Below, in pieces: positions 38,315 through 49,737 of a DNA stretch of 64,000 nucleotides. The notes below the pieces were generated by a model. It worked only from the letters and a program-made list of their open reading frames with translations, was not told the DNA's origin and made no database searches. The position numbers and the translations under genes are program-made. The DNA is from Patescibacteria group bacterium (GTDB lineage Bacteria; Patescibacteriota; Minisyncoccia; Moranbacterales; DUUL01): positions 11,966-75,965 of the forward strand of contig JAYEFY010000020.1 in assembly GCA_034658815.1 (NCBI GenBank), given 5' to 3'. How positions within the stretch are numbered: position 1 is the stretch's first letter; every line of letters begins with the position of its first letter.

Positions 38315-39454
38315 TTAAATGTCAAATTGTTCGTAGCTTTCTTCCGTTATGCTGGTCTTTTGCTTCTTTGTTTTTCTCCAAACATTTTGCACTAATCCCA
38401 TGGAAGCAAGTGTTACTATTAAAAAACTGCCGCCGTAACTCAAAAAAGGAAGTGAGAGCCCGGCGATAGGCATAATACCCAAATTCATCCCGATATTCAA
38501 AAAAGTTTGAAAAAATATCATAATGATAACTCCGCCAACAAGGAACTTTCCAAAAGTATCCTTCGAAAGATCAATTGTTTTCCCCATCCTCCAAAGAAGG
38601 ATTCCAAAGAACAGGATGATCAATCCGGTGCCGATCAATCCGCTTTCTTCGGCAATTGCCGCATAAATAAAATCTGTATGCTTTTCCGGCAGAAAATTGA
38701 GCTGGCTCTGGGAACCGTGGCCCAACCCCTTGCCTGTTATTCCACCGGAGCCAATCGCGATGACTGATTGAATGACATTATATCCACTCCCGAGAGGATC
38801 TCTTTCCGGATCCATAAATGATTGTATTCTATCTTTTTGATAATCATTCAAAATCGTACCCCATCCTAGCGTAATTATCACAAAACCGGCCAAAATGATT
38901 CCCGCAACATATTGCTTTTTTGTTCCTGCAAGAAACAGCATGCCAAACCAAATTACGATCATAACAACGGCAGAACCCATATCAGGCTGCAACATGGCAA
39001 GAATAACGGGAATCAGGGTATATATGAACGATACCGCTATTTTTTTCAGAGTAATTTGTACTTGTATTTGTGAGAAATATTTAGCTAGCGAAATTATGAG
39101 GAATAATTTCATTAATTCCACCGGCTGAATATTGAAAATGCCTAAGTTAAACCAGCCGGTTGTCCCGCGTATGCTTGCTCCAAACAATAAGACAGCTACC
39201 AGTAAAATAACACCGACCGCGTAGAGAAAACCGCTATAGCTTTTCCAAATTTGATAATCGGCAGTGCTGAAAACTGCAAACGTAGCAAGTGCAACAATAA
39301 GAAAAATAACTTGTTTTTGAAAATTATTAAACCCTTCGCGTTCAGCTTCAAGTGAAAGTGAAAATATAGCAATAAGTCCGGACACAAGAAGAAATAACAT
39401 CGCTACAAGAGATATCCAATCAAAATCGAGTTGTTTAACAATTTTTGCTAGCAC
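38315..39454 (-). CDS. ftsW: SEDS-family peptidoglycan glycosyltransferase (FtsW/RodA)
   Basis: 379 aa, 10 TM. ...DFIYAAIAEESGLIG...SLPFLSYGGSFLIVTL... Lies in a mur gene neighbourhood. Confidence 0.85.
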   Translation of the reverse strand: MLAKIVKQLDFDWISLVAMLFLLVSGLIAIFSLSLEAEREGFNNFQKQVIFLIVALATFAVFSTADYQIWKSYSGFLYAVGVILLVAVLLFGASIRGTTGWFNLGIFNIQPVELMKLFLIISLAKYFSQIQVQITLKKIAVSFIYTLIPVILAMLQPDMGSAVVMIVIWFGMLFLAGTKKQYVAGIILAGFVIITLGWGTILNDYQKDRIQSFMDPERDPLGSGYNVIQSVIAIGSGGITGKGLGHGSQSQLNFLPEKHTDFIYAAIAEESGLIGTGLIILFFGILLWRMGKTIDLSKDTFGKFLVGGVIIMIFFQTFLNIGMNLGIMPIAGLSLPFLSYGGSFLIVTLASMGLVQNVWRKTKKQKTSITEESYEQFDI

Positions 39455-39472
39455 CTGGATGGTTGATATGTC

Positions 39473-40537
39473 TTATAGGCCATTTTCCGCTTTACGTTGC
39501 TGGTGTTCGTCAAATGTTTTTGAATAAATAATTTCTTCGGTTTTGGAATTTGAAAGAAAATAATAAAAGTCAGATTTTTGCGGAAAAATTGACGCACGAA
39601 TAGATGCAAAACCCGGATTGGAAATTGGTCCTGGAGGAAGACCGGGATTAATATATGTATTGTAAAGAGAATCACATTGCGTGTCCTCATAGGAGAATTG
39701 CGGTTTGTCAACATTGAGAAAATACGCCAGTGTCGCACAGCTTTGCAGAGGAAATTTATCATCAAGCCGCTTCCGGAAAATTCCGGAAACCAGTCTTCTG
39801 TCTTTATCTGTTTTTACTTCTCTCTCAATGATCGAAGCCAATGTGACCACATCATGGAGTGATCTCTCTTGAAACGCAATCTCGTCTTTCAGGCCTTGAT
39901 TGATCTTCTTGTTGAAATTATTAAGAAATTTACTTGCCATCGTTGCTCCGGCTTCTTCTCCATCAATAAAGTATGTATCCGGAAATAAGTATCCCTCCAT
40001 ATCTATTCCCTGAGGAATATTTCTTAAAAAGTCATATTTTTTACTAAACACATCACAGGAACAAGCTTTTCTATTTAGACATTTGCAATTGACAATATTT
40101 TCAAATTCATCGGCGATACTCGGTTTCTTGCTTCTTAGCGCATTAACGATCTTTTTATTGGTATATCCTTCCGGAATTGTCAGCTTTAATGTTTCAACAA
40201 TAACATCGCCATTACTAAATTTCTCAACCATTTGACCAATTGTCATATTCGGTGCTAGCTCGTAGGTTCCGGCTTGCAAGAAATTGGCAGCCTTAGTTTT
40301 CCAAACATAGAAATAAAAAAAGTTTTTGTTTTTGATCAACCCCTCTTTCTCAAGATTTTCACCAATTTCAGTTGAACCGTCGCCTTCTTTCATTTCGAAT
40401 TTTTGAATAATATTTGAAGGACTCGCCGTGCCGTCAAATACTTGATCATTAAGCCATGAATAAGCCAAGGTAAATACGGCAACAGAAGCTAAGAGTAAAA
40501 AAATGGAAACAAATAAAAATCTTTTCATTTGTAACAA
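39473..40537 (-). CDS. mltG: Endolytic murein transglycosylase MltG (YceG-like) with a Cys-rich insertion
   Basis: 354 aa. N-terminal TM. EGYLFPDTY, ASIIEREV, LPPGPISNPG motifs. Extra segment NCKCLNRKACSCDVF not typical of the family. Confidence 0.85.
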   Translation of the reverse strand: MLQMKRFLFVSIFLLLASVAVFTLAYSWLNDQVFDGTASPSNIIQKFEMKEGDGSTEIGENLEKEGLIKNKNFFYFYVWKTKAANFLQAGTYELAPNMTIGQMVEKFSNGDVIVETLKLTIPEGYTNKKIVNALRSKKPSIADEFENIVNCKCLNRKACSCDVFSKKYDFLRNIPQGIDMEGYLFPDTYFIDGEEAGATMASKFLNNFNKKINQGLKDEIAFQERSLHDVVTLASIIEREVKTDKDRRLVSGIFRKRLDDKFPLQSCATLAYFLNVDKPQFSYEDTQCDSLYNTYINPGLPPGPISNPGFASIRASIFPQKSDFYYFLSNSKTEEIIYSKTFDEHQQRKAENGL

Positions 40538-40585
40538 ATATAAAATTAATATTCCGTGAGATCGTTTCCAAGCATGCCCTAAGAA

Positions 40586-40861
40586 TTAGTTTGGAAAAAT
40601 ATCAAAAGTTGAATAATTTTGCAAATTATCGTTTTGTTCTTTATGTATCGACTCGATCTTAGAGTTTGGCGGTCCGTTGCGGCACCATGCAGCAAAAGCA
40701 TCAAGGTCTTTTTGCTCTCCCTCGGCTTCAATTGAAACAGTTCCGTCAGAGTTATTTTTGATCCATCCGCATATTCCAAGTTCTTCCGCTTTTTCTTTTG
40801 CACTTAAACGAAAAAAAACTCCTTGGACTTTTCCATAAATTGTTAACGACAAATGCTTCAT
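40586..40861 (-). CDS. acyP: Acylphosphatase
   Basis: 91 aa. YGKVQGVFFR ... GWIKNNSDGTVSIEAEG. Confidence 0.85.
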   Translation of the reverse strand: MKHLSLTIYGKVQGVFFRLSAKEKAEELGICGWIKNNSDGTVSIEAEGEQKDLDAFAAWCRNGPPNSKIESIHKEQNDNLQNYSTFDIFPN

Positions 40862-42273
40862 TTCGTATTAGCGCCGCGAATTTTTTCTACGGCATTTATA
40901 AATTTTTCTCCTCTTTCAAATTCATTGGCAAACATTCCAAAACTCGCTAACCCGGGAGACAAAAGAATGGTATCTCCATTTTGGGTTTTTTGAAACGCGT
41001 CAAATACTGCTTGTTCAATATTATCATAGGTATTGAGAACTTTATCAATTCCTCCATGCTCATCAATTTTCTTAAAAAGTTTTGCTGTAGCGGTTCCTTT
41101 CAATAAATATATGCCTTTGATATTTTTTGTTTCGGAAATTTTTTTCGCAAAATTGTCCAACACAAGATTCTTGTCTGATCCCCCGCAAATTAAATGTATT
41201 TGTCCGATGACAGAATTAATTCCGGCTATGGCCGATTCAGGAGTTGTCGCAGTCGCATCATTGATAAATTTTCTTCCATCGATATTATCTATTGTTTCAA
41301 AGCGATGCACCACTCCTGTGAATTTCTTAAGTGTTTTTTTCATAGATTCTAAAGAAACACCGATAGATAATCCGACCGCGCACATCGCGCAAGCATTATA
41401 AAGATTATGGGAGCCTTTTATTACGATTTCTGATGTTGGCATTACAGCTGTAATTTTTTCATCTTTCTTTAAATGTATTTGTCCTTCTCTGATAAAGCTG
41501 CAGATGGCGCTTGGATCCGGCGACAATGAAAAAAAGATCGTTTCGCCTTTCGCATCCTCAAACAACACTTTCGACATTTCATCATCAAAATTAAAAATTG
41601 ATATATCATCTTTTTTTTGAAACAAAAGAACGTTTCTTTTATCGGAGATATAATCATCCAATGAATCATAATAATTCAGATGATCCTGATAAATATTCGT
41701 TACAAGAGAAATATGCGGACTTTTTTCTATTCGCGATAAAGCTGAACAGCGCCATGAGGACATTTCAAACACAACCCAGGTCTTCTTTGTTATCGCTTCG
41801 AGTTTTGTCATAACAGGCTCTTGCCCTATTCCGACATCAACCACGTCCAAACCCTCGTATTTAAACATTTTTGAGATCAGCGCCGATGTCGTTGTTTTAC
41901 CTTTCGTGCCGGTTATTCCGATAATATTATTCGATTCGCATAATTTAAAAAATAAGCTTGAGTCCATTTCAACAGGCACTTGGTGTTCAATCGCCATCTT
42001 AATATACTTATTGCTCCATGGAATAGCGGGATTTTTGACTACCATATCAACGTTGGTAAAATCTTCCATTCTGTGTTGTTCCGTGACTACTGTAACGTTT
42101 TTTAATTTTTTGATCTCCTTTATCGAAGCCTTAAGATCATCCTCTGATCTTTTGTCTGTCGCAATCACTTTCGCGCCTTGCTTAACGAGCCACTTGATCA
42201 TCGAAACACCTCCTCCGTGCAGTCCAATGCCCATCACTGTTACTTTTTTGTTTTTGAAGCTTATATCAGTCAT
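40858..42273 (-). CDS. murD: UDP-N-acetylmuramoylalanine--D-glutamate ligase
   Basis: 471 aa. N-terminal Rossmann (VMGIGLHGGG). ITGTKGKTTTSAL P-loop. Mur ligase C-domain. Overlaps acyP by 4 nt (ATGA). Confidence 0.92.
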   Translation of the reverse strand: MTDISFKNKKVTVMGIGLHGGGVSMIKWLVKQGAKVIATDKRSEDDLKASIKEIKKLKNVTVVTEQHRMEDFTNVDMVVKNPAIPWSNKYIKMAIEHQVPVEMDSSLFFKLCESNNIIGITGTKGKTTTSALISKMFKYEGLDVVDVGIGQEPVMTKLEAITKKTWVVFEMSSWRCSALSRIEKSPHISLVTNIYQDHLNYYDSLDDYISDKRNVLLFQKKDDISIFNFDDEMSKVLFEDAKGETIFFSLSPDPSAICSFIREGQIHLKKDEKITAVMPTSEIVIKGSHNLYNACAMCAVGLSIGVSLESMKKTLKKFTGVVHRFETIDNIDGRKFINDATATTPESAIAGINSVIGQIHLICGGSDKNLVLDNFAKKISETKNIKGIYLLKGTATAKLFKKIDEHGGIDKVLNTYDNIEQAVFDAFQKTQNGDTILLSPGLASFGMFANEFERGEKFINAVEKIRGANTK

Positions 42274-42341
42274 TGAGATTATGCTATATTGGCAAAAATT
42301 AGGAAATTTTGGCGGGAGTTAATTTAAAAACAGTTCTCTGA

Positions 42342-43109
42342 TCAATCAAATCGATGGATCTGAATATTCGGCCTGCCTCCCATTATGTTTTTTACGAAAC
42401 TTTCATTATGTCCACTCCAATCAGAAAAATAAAAGATATCATCGTCATCCGAATGCTTTTCATGACAGTCATCTTTTACTTGTAGCGCTATCTCATATGC
42501 GGCATTTATTATTTTTACTTTCCCTTTAAAGACCTCTTTGATGATGTTTTTCATGAGAGGATAATGCGTACATCCCAAAATAATACATTCTACGTTTTTT
42601 TTTACGAACCTTGAAAGATATTTTTTTGTGATCTCACGCAACAATTCGTCTTCTTGCAACCCTTCTTCGATAAATGGAACAAATAACGGACACGCCTGCG
42701 AATATATTTTTACCCCAGGCAAAAATTCTCGAAGCGGATATTCATAGGCCTTGCTCTTAATTGTCGCTTTCGTGCCAATAATCAACACTTTGCCGATCTT
42801 TTCAGCACGTATCCTTTTGACGCATGGATCGATTACGTCATAAAAGATCGTCAACGGATAGCGTTCTTGAAGATATTCCCTCGTGAGCGCCGATGCAGTG
42901 TTGCAGGCGATAACTATCCTCTTCGATCCCTTTGAAACCAGGAAACGTACGATATCTTCTGAATATTTCCGGATCGTTTCCTTGCTTTTATTGCCCCATG
43001 GAACACGCGCGGTATCACCAAAGTATATTATTCGCTGATGCGGAGCTAATTTCTTTATTTCTTTTGCTACCGTAAGACCTCCTACTCCGCTGTCAAAAAT
43101 ACCTAACAT
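42342..43109 (-). CDS. murI: Glutamate racemase
   Basis: 255 aa. IFDSGVGGLTV ... ACNTAS ... GCTHYPL. Confidence 0.92.
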   Translation of the reverse strand: MLGIFDSGVGGLTVAKEIKKLAPHQRIIYFGDTARVPWGNKSKETIRKYSEDIVRFLVSKGSKRIVIACNTASALTREYLQERYPLTIFYDVIDPCVKRIRAEKIGKVLIIGTKATIKSKAYEYPLREFLPGVKIYSQACPLFVPFIEEGLQEDELLREITKKYLSRFVKKNVECIILGCTHYPLMKNIIKEVFKGKVKIINAAYEIALQVKDDCHEKHSDDDDIFYFSDWSGHNESFVKNIMGGRPNIQIHRFD

Positions 43110-43125
43110 CTTTTTATTGGGATTG

Positions 43126-44124
43126 TTATATTCTTGATATTATTACGGCAAGATCAACTAACCGATTTGAATATCCCCATTCATTGTCATACCATCCAAC
43201 AACTTTCACTAAATTACCCGCCGTTACTTTCGTAAGAGCGGCATCGACAATACAGGAATATGTACTTCCGACTATATCATGTGAAACAAGCGGTTCTGTC
43301 GTAACCTTCATTATTCCTTTTAATTGTCCAGCGGCAGCTTTTTTAAAAGCGTCATTTATTTCTTTTTCATTTGTTTTTTGTTTTAAGACCGCAACCAAAT
43401 CTATGATCGAGCCAACTAGCGTAGGAACACGAAATGCCATCCCGTCAAAAATATCTTCGAGTTGAGGGAGTGTTTTTGTCGCGGCAATAGCGGCACCAGT
43501 CGTCGACGGAACAATATTTTGAGCGGCAGCTCGTCCCCTGCGAACATCTTTTTCCACGGGACCGTCGACAAGAGCTTGCGTTGAAGTGTAGCTGTGGATC
43601 GTTGACATTAATGCTTTTTCAATTCCGAAAGTTTCATCCAGAACCTTAGCTATTGGAGCAATACAATTTGTCGTGCATGATGCCATGGATAAAATATCAT
43701 CATCTGAAACGATTTCATTCTCGTTGCATCCGATCACAACAGTTTTGATCGTGTCGTCTTTCGTTGGAGCCGATATTATGACTTTTTTTGCCCCGGCGCC
43801 AATATGTCCTTTTGTTCTTTCGCGATCCTTAAAAACGCCGGTACATTCTAAGACTACATCAATGCCAAGCTCATTCCATGGGAGATCTAACGGATCTTTT
43901 TCACACAGTATTTTTATCTCTTTATCATCAACTTTGAGAATATTGCCATTAACGGCTACTTCTTTTTGGTATACACCATACGCTGTATCATATTTCAAAA
44001 GATACGCAAGATTATCAATATCGCCAAGATCGTTTATGGCCGAAATCTCAACGTCCGGATGCTCAAGAGCGATTTTAAGCGCCGGTCTCCCAATACGGCC
44101 GAAACCGTTTATTGCTATTTTCAT
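43126..44124 (-). CDS. gap: Glyceraldehyde-3-phosphate dehydrogenase
   Basis: 332 aa. INGFGRIGR ... ASCTTNCIAP ... WYDNEWGYS. Confidence 0.95.
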   Translation of the reverse strand: MKIAINGFGRIGRPALKIALEHPDVEISAINDLGDIDNLAYLLKYDTAYGVYQKEVAVNGNILKVDDKEIKILCEKDPLDLPWNELGIDVVLECTGVFKDRERTKGHIGAGAKKVIISAPTKDDTIKTVVIGCNENEIVSDDDILSMASCTTNCIAPIAKVLDETFGIEKALMSTIHSYTSTQALVDGPVEKDVRRGRAAAQNIVPSTTGAAIAATKTLPQLEDIFDGMAFRVPTLVGSIIDLVAVLKQKTNEKEINDAFKKAAAGQLKGIMKVTTEPLVSHDIVGSTYSCIVDAALTKVTAGNLVKVVGWYDNEWGYSNRLVDLAVIISRI

Positions 44125-44221
44125 ATTGATTTTTTACAATTTATGATTGTTTAAAGCTTTGCCAATTATTTTAACAGAGTCGACTGAATTATAGAATTTT
44201 ATGTTCTCTATTTCACTTAAT

Positions 44222-44631
44222 TCAATCACACTCTGCTTTTTGTGCATACTTCCTTTCATGCTTATCAAAATTCCTTGTTGAGATCCTGCCACTGTTCTTG
44301 TCACACAAAAAATATACTATGATCGAATTAACAGCTTTCTCTTCAAAAGGAGTAATAAAAAATGATGTTTTGCATCCGACTAATTCCTTCGGTTTAATTT
44401 TAATTCCTGTTTCTTCGAAAAATTCTCTCTTTAGCGCCTTTCTGATCGTTTCATTGATTCTTATTCCACCGCCTGGAAAATCATACCCGTCCCACTGTTT
44501 TGAAAGAAGTATTTTGTTTTTTTAATTAAAACTCCATACACAGAAAGGCGAAACACCATTTTTTTGGAGTCTACAAGATATTCTTTTCCCTTAATATCCC
44601 TACACCTTATTTTAATTTCTTTGTCCGCCAT
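44222..44631 (-). pseudogene. NUDIX hydrolase interrupted by a -1 frameshift in an A7 homopolymer
   Basis: The minus-strand reading MADKEIKIRCRDIKGKEYLVDSKKMVFRLSVYGVLIKK... terminates early. The NUDIX box (FPGGGIRINETIRKALKREFFEETGI, matching GX5EX7REUXEEXGU) continues in another frame. Adding one A to the TTAAAAAAAC run restores a single NUDIX ORF of about 135 aa. Confidence 0.7.
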
Positions 44632-44637
44632 TTTTGT

Positions 44638-46644
<2,007 letters not shown>

Positions 46645-46685
46645 TTACATCTTGCTATTGATAGAGCTGTTTCCCAACTAACTCC

Positions 46686-46756
46686 TTGCCTACCCTGCCT
46701 GCCGGCAGGCAGGCGGCAGGCAGGGGCAGGCAGGCGGCAGGCAGGGCAGGCAGGCG
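46686..46756. repeat. GC-rich CCCTGCCTGCC plus (GGCAGGCAGGCGGCAGGCAGGG)x2.5 box
   Basis: Tandem-plus-palindromic GGCAGG units. Immediately preceded, in reverse complement at 46664-46685, by the GGAGTTAGTTGGGAAACAGCTC motif about 30 nt upstream of the gyrB start. Confidence 0.8.
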
Positions 46757-46790
46757 TTCACGAGCAACGGGGCAAGCAATCTCTTGATAA

Positions 46791-47180
46791 TTAACGCGCT
46801 AGAAAATACAGTTCTATCATCATCATCGCGCCAATCGCCAATAATCCATCCCACCAAATAAGTATTCTGAAACTTTGCAGTATGATTATAAAAATGAGCG
46901 CGCCTGAAAGCAAAAAACCTTGCCGAAAAGAAACTCCTATGTTTACATGTTGAACGTTCTCATCAGCTATCGCTTTTCGCCGTATCCAATACAAAACCAA
47001 TGAAAAAAAACCCGTAAAAAATAAACTTAAACTGACATAGAAAGCTCCTATGTTAACAATATTCTCTTGAAACGAATCAGTATTTTCGTAAGGGTTTAAA
47101 AATAATACCATTGAAGCGGCCGCCCCAAAACCCAAAACAACAAGAAACCACATTCCTAATCGAAATGTCTTCCCTTTCAT
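46791..47180 (-). CDS. Small membrane protein (4 TM), unknown
   Basis: 129 aa, hydrophobic. Confidence 0.4.
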   Translation of the reverse strand: MKGKTFRLGMWFLVVLGFGAAASMVLFLNPYENTDSFQENIVNIGAFYVSLSLFFTGFFSLVLYWIRRKAIADENVQHVNIGVSFRQGFLLSGALIFIIILQSFRILIWWDGLLAIGAMMMIELYFLAR

Positions 47181-47440
47181 TTTTTATTTTTGATATTTTT
47201 ATACCCGGCGCACTGAATGATCATACTCAGTACTCCTTTATTGTAGCTTATTTTTGAAATAAATTCAATATCTCGATATTATGTGTCAATTACATTTTAA
47301 AATGAACAAATGATCCGAAAACTGCTTACCTGTCCGTCCGTTTATTTGTCTCATCGACAAACGAACCGGTAAGATCAAAAGCAAGCTTTAATACAATAGA
47401 CTTTATTAACAATTCCTAATCGTATAATTTAAGGACTCCT

Positions 47441-48385
47441 TTAATCATTCTTGATAATTTCCTTAATCGAATATGGAGTCTCTTTCTTCGTCTGATAGTA
47501 TGTTTTGACCGATATGTCAACAAGCAGTCCTGAAATAAAAAACTGAATTCCAAGAATTATCAAAAAGATGCCCATAAGAGGCCAAACGCGATTGCCAATC
47601 GGCAAATTATAGATAACTTTATCAATAAACATCCAAACAAGAAGGCCAAATCCGATAAAATTCAAAATTATTCCAATTCCTCCAAACAGATGAAGGGGCC
47701 GATTGGCATACTTCTTCCAAAACCACACCGAAAGCAGATCAAGAAGCCCTTTAAGAAGCCGCCTGTAATTATATTTGGTGACTCCTGAAACACGAGGCCG
47801 ATGATTAACTGCGATTTCGGTAATTTCAAAGCCTTGAATTTTAAGCAAGGCCGGAATAAATCTGTGTATTTCTCCGTACAAATCAACTCCCTTAAAACAT
47901 TCCGCCCGATACGCTTTCAGAGTACATCCGCTATCATTGATCGTGTCATTAATAAGCAGCTTTCTCAATTGATCCGCCCCGCGAGATAAGATCATTTTAC
48001 TTAATGAGTCTTTCCTGTTCTTTCTCCATCCTGAAACAACATCATAGCCATCGTCCAGCTTTTGCAATAGTCTGGGTATGTCAGCCGGATCATTCTGTAA
48101 GTCGCCGTCCATCGTTATGATAACTTTCCCCCTCGCCACCTTGATCCCGGCATCCATTGCCGCCGTCTGCTTGAAATTCTTCCTAAGCACAATTACTTTC
48201 ACCGGAGATAATAACCGGAGCTTTTCAAGCGTTTTATCGGTACTGCCGTCATCAACAAAAATAATCTCTGCTTCAAGATCGTGCGTGCTTATAACATCTA
48301 TTATTTCTTTGTGCAGCTTTTCAACATTTCCTTCCTCATTGAACACCGGAATGACAATCGAAATAAATTGTTTAGACGCCTCCAT
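47441..48385 (-). CDS. Polyprenol-phosphate glycosyltransferase, GT2 (GtrB/ArnC/DPM1-like) with C-terminal TM helices
   Basis: 314 aa. ISIVIPVFNEEGN ... FVDDGSTD ... TMDGDLQNDP. Two C-terminal TM segments. Confidence 0.85.
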   Translation of the reverse strand: MEASKQFISIVIPVFNEEGNVEKLHKEIIDVISTHDLEAEIIFVDDGSTDKTLEKLRLLSPVKVIVLRKNFKQTAAMDAGIKVARGKVIITMDGDLQNDPADIPRLLQKLDDGYDVVSGWRKNRKDSLSKMILSRGADQLRKLLINDTINDSGCTLKAYRAECFKGVDLYGEIHRFIPALLKIQGFEITEIAVNHRPRVSGVTKYNYRRLLKGLLDLLSVWFWKKYANRPLHLFGGIGIILNFIGFGLLVWMFIDKVIYNLPIGNRVWPLMGIFLIILGIQFFISGLLVDISVKTYYQTKKETPYSIKEIIKND

Positions 48386-48424
48386 AGCATTAAATTAATC
48401 TTTTATGGGATTGTTTTCAAGCTA

Positions 48425-48575
48425 GCTGCCTGCCTACCCTGCCCAGGCGAGGATAAAATTTTTGGTTATGCACCCCAGGGCACTCTCTCTGTCTTCGACA
48501 CTCACCTTGCCTTAGCATAGGCAATCCCGCTAAGCGGGAACAATTTTTGGTAGGAGTTAGTTTGGCAACAGTTCC
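48425..48575. repeat. Composite repeat: GC-rich GCTGCCTGCCTACCCTGCCCAGGCGAGG box, TCCCGCTAAGCGGGA hairpin (48526-48540), GGAGTTAGTTTGGCAACAGTTCC motif (48553-48575)
   Basis: Same three modules as at 3744-3974 and 31250-31361, in a 190-bp gap between the GT2 gene and mraY. Confidence 0.75.
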
Positions 48576-49673
48576 TTAACCTCCTCCGATTATTCCGGCT
48601 AAAAGACCGCCTAATCCAATGGCAAGGTTTATTATCCAAAATCGAACTGTTACTTTTGTTTCCGGCCAACCCTTAGCTTCGAAATGATGGTGTATTGGAG
48701 CCGCTAAAAATACTTTTTTCCCAAAAAACTTTTTAGAAGGAATTTGGATGATCACTGAAAGCGATTCCAATACATATATGCTTACCAAAAAAGGCAAAAC
48801 AATAACAGAATTCGTCAGTAAAGCGACAACTCCAAGCGTTGCTCCCAGTGATATCGCTCCCGTATCGCCCATAAAAAACCGAGCCGGATAGAAATTGAAC
48901 CAAAGAAAAGCCAGAAGCGCTCCGGCAACTACTCCGCAAAAGGCGGCGAGATCCATGCGCTCTTGAAAATATGAAATAACTGCGAAAGAAACAAATGCTT
49001 GTATTAATATTCCAGTATTCAGCCCGTCCAATCCATCTGTTTCATTGGATGAAATTGCCGTCGCAACAACAACAAAAATAGCTAGCGGGATATACCAAAA
49101 ACCTATCTCAAAATTTCCGACTGCCGGAATATGTATTGTCTCCCATCCTAATTTTGAAAAAAACCACCAAGCTATGATTGATGCTATTAAAAACAGCCAT
49201 ATGAGCCGCCACGCAAAGCGCATGCCTCCTCCCTTGTTTTTTCCAATGCTTCTGACACTCATTATGTCATCGAAAAGACCCAGCACGGCAGTGGCCGCAA
49301 GAGCAAAAAGAGGGAGCCATGTCTGGCTCCTACTTACAAAGTCAAGCCGCCCGATCCATACGCACTCAAGTTTTTGAGAAAAATAAGGAGCAATAACACT
49401 CATGATACCGGCAAGAATCAGCACTGAACCCCAGATAAGAATGCCACCCATTGTTGGCGTTCCGTTTTTGTGCGCGTGAAGCTTGCTTACAAAAGATAAT
49501 TTTTCACCGGAAACCGATGTCTTTTTTATTTTTATGCCAATTCTGTACTTATAAAGATAATGAGCGAGCAAAGGAGTCAATACCATTGCCAAACCAAAAG
49601 AAGACATGGTCAACAGCACCACTTTCGCAATTGCTAAAACTTCGGGAATTGTTTGTATTTGAGCAATATACAT
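48576..49673 (-). CDS. mraY: Phospho-N-acetylmuramoyl-pentapeptide transferase
   Basis: 365 aa. HAHKNGTPTMGG ... NETDGLDGL ... APIHHHFE ... GWPETKV. Confidence 0.92.
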   Translation of the reverse strand: MYIAQIQTIPEVLAIAKVVLLTMSSFGLAMVLTPLLAHYLYKYRIGIKIKKTSVSGEKLSFVSKLHAHKNGTPTMGGILIWGSVLILAGIMSVIAPYFSQKLECVWIGRLDFVSRSQTWLPLFALAATAVLGLFDDIMSVRSIGKNKGGGMRFAWRLIWLFLIASIIAWWFFSKLGWETIHIPAVGNFEIGFWYIPLAIFVVVATAISSNETDGLDGLNTGILIQAFVSFAVISYFQERMDLAAFCGVVAGALLAFLWFNFYPARFFMGDTGAISLGATLGVVALLTNSVIVLPFLVSIYVLESLSVIIQIPSKKFFGKKVFLAAPIHHHFEAKGWPETKVTVRFWIINLAIGLGGLLAGIIGGG

Positions 49674-49737
49674 AAAAATTTGGTGGGACTGTTCCCGAAC
49701 ACGCTTTTAAAGAGCTTGTTTGGGAATAATCCCTATG

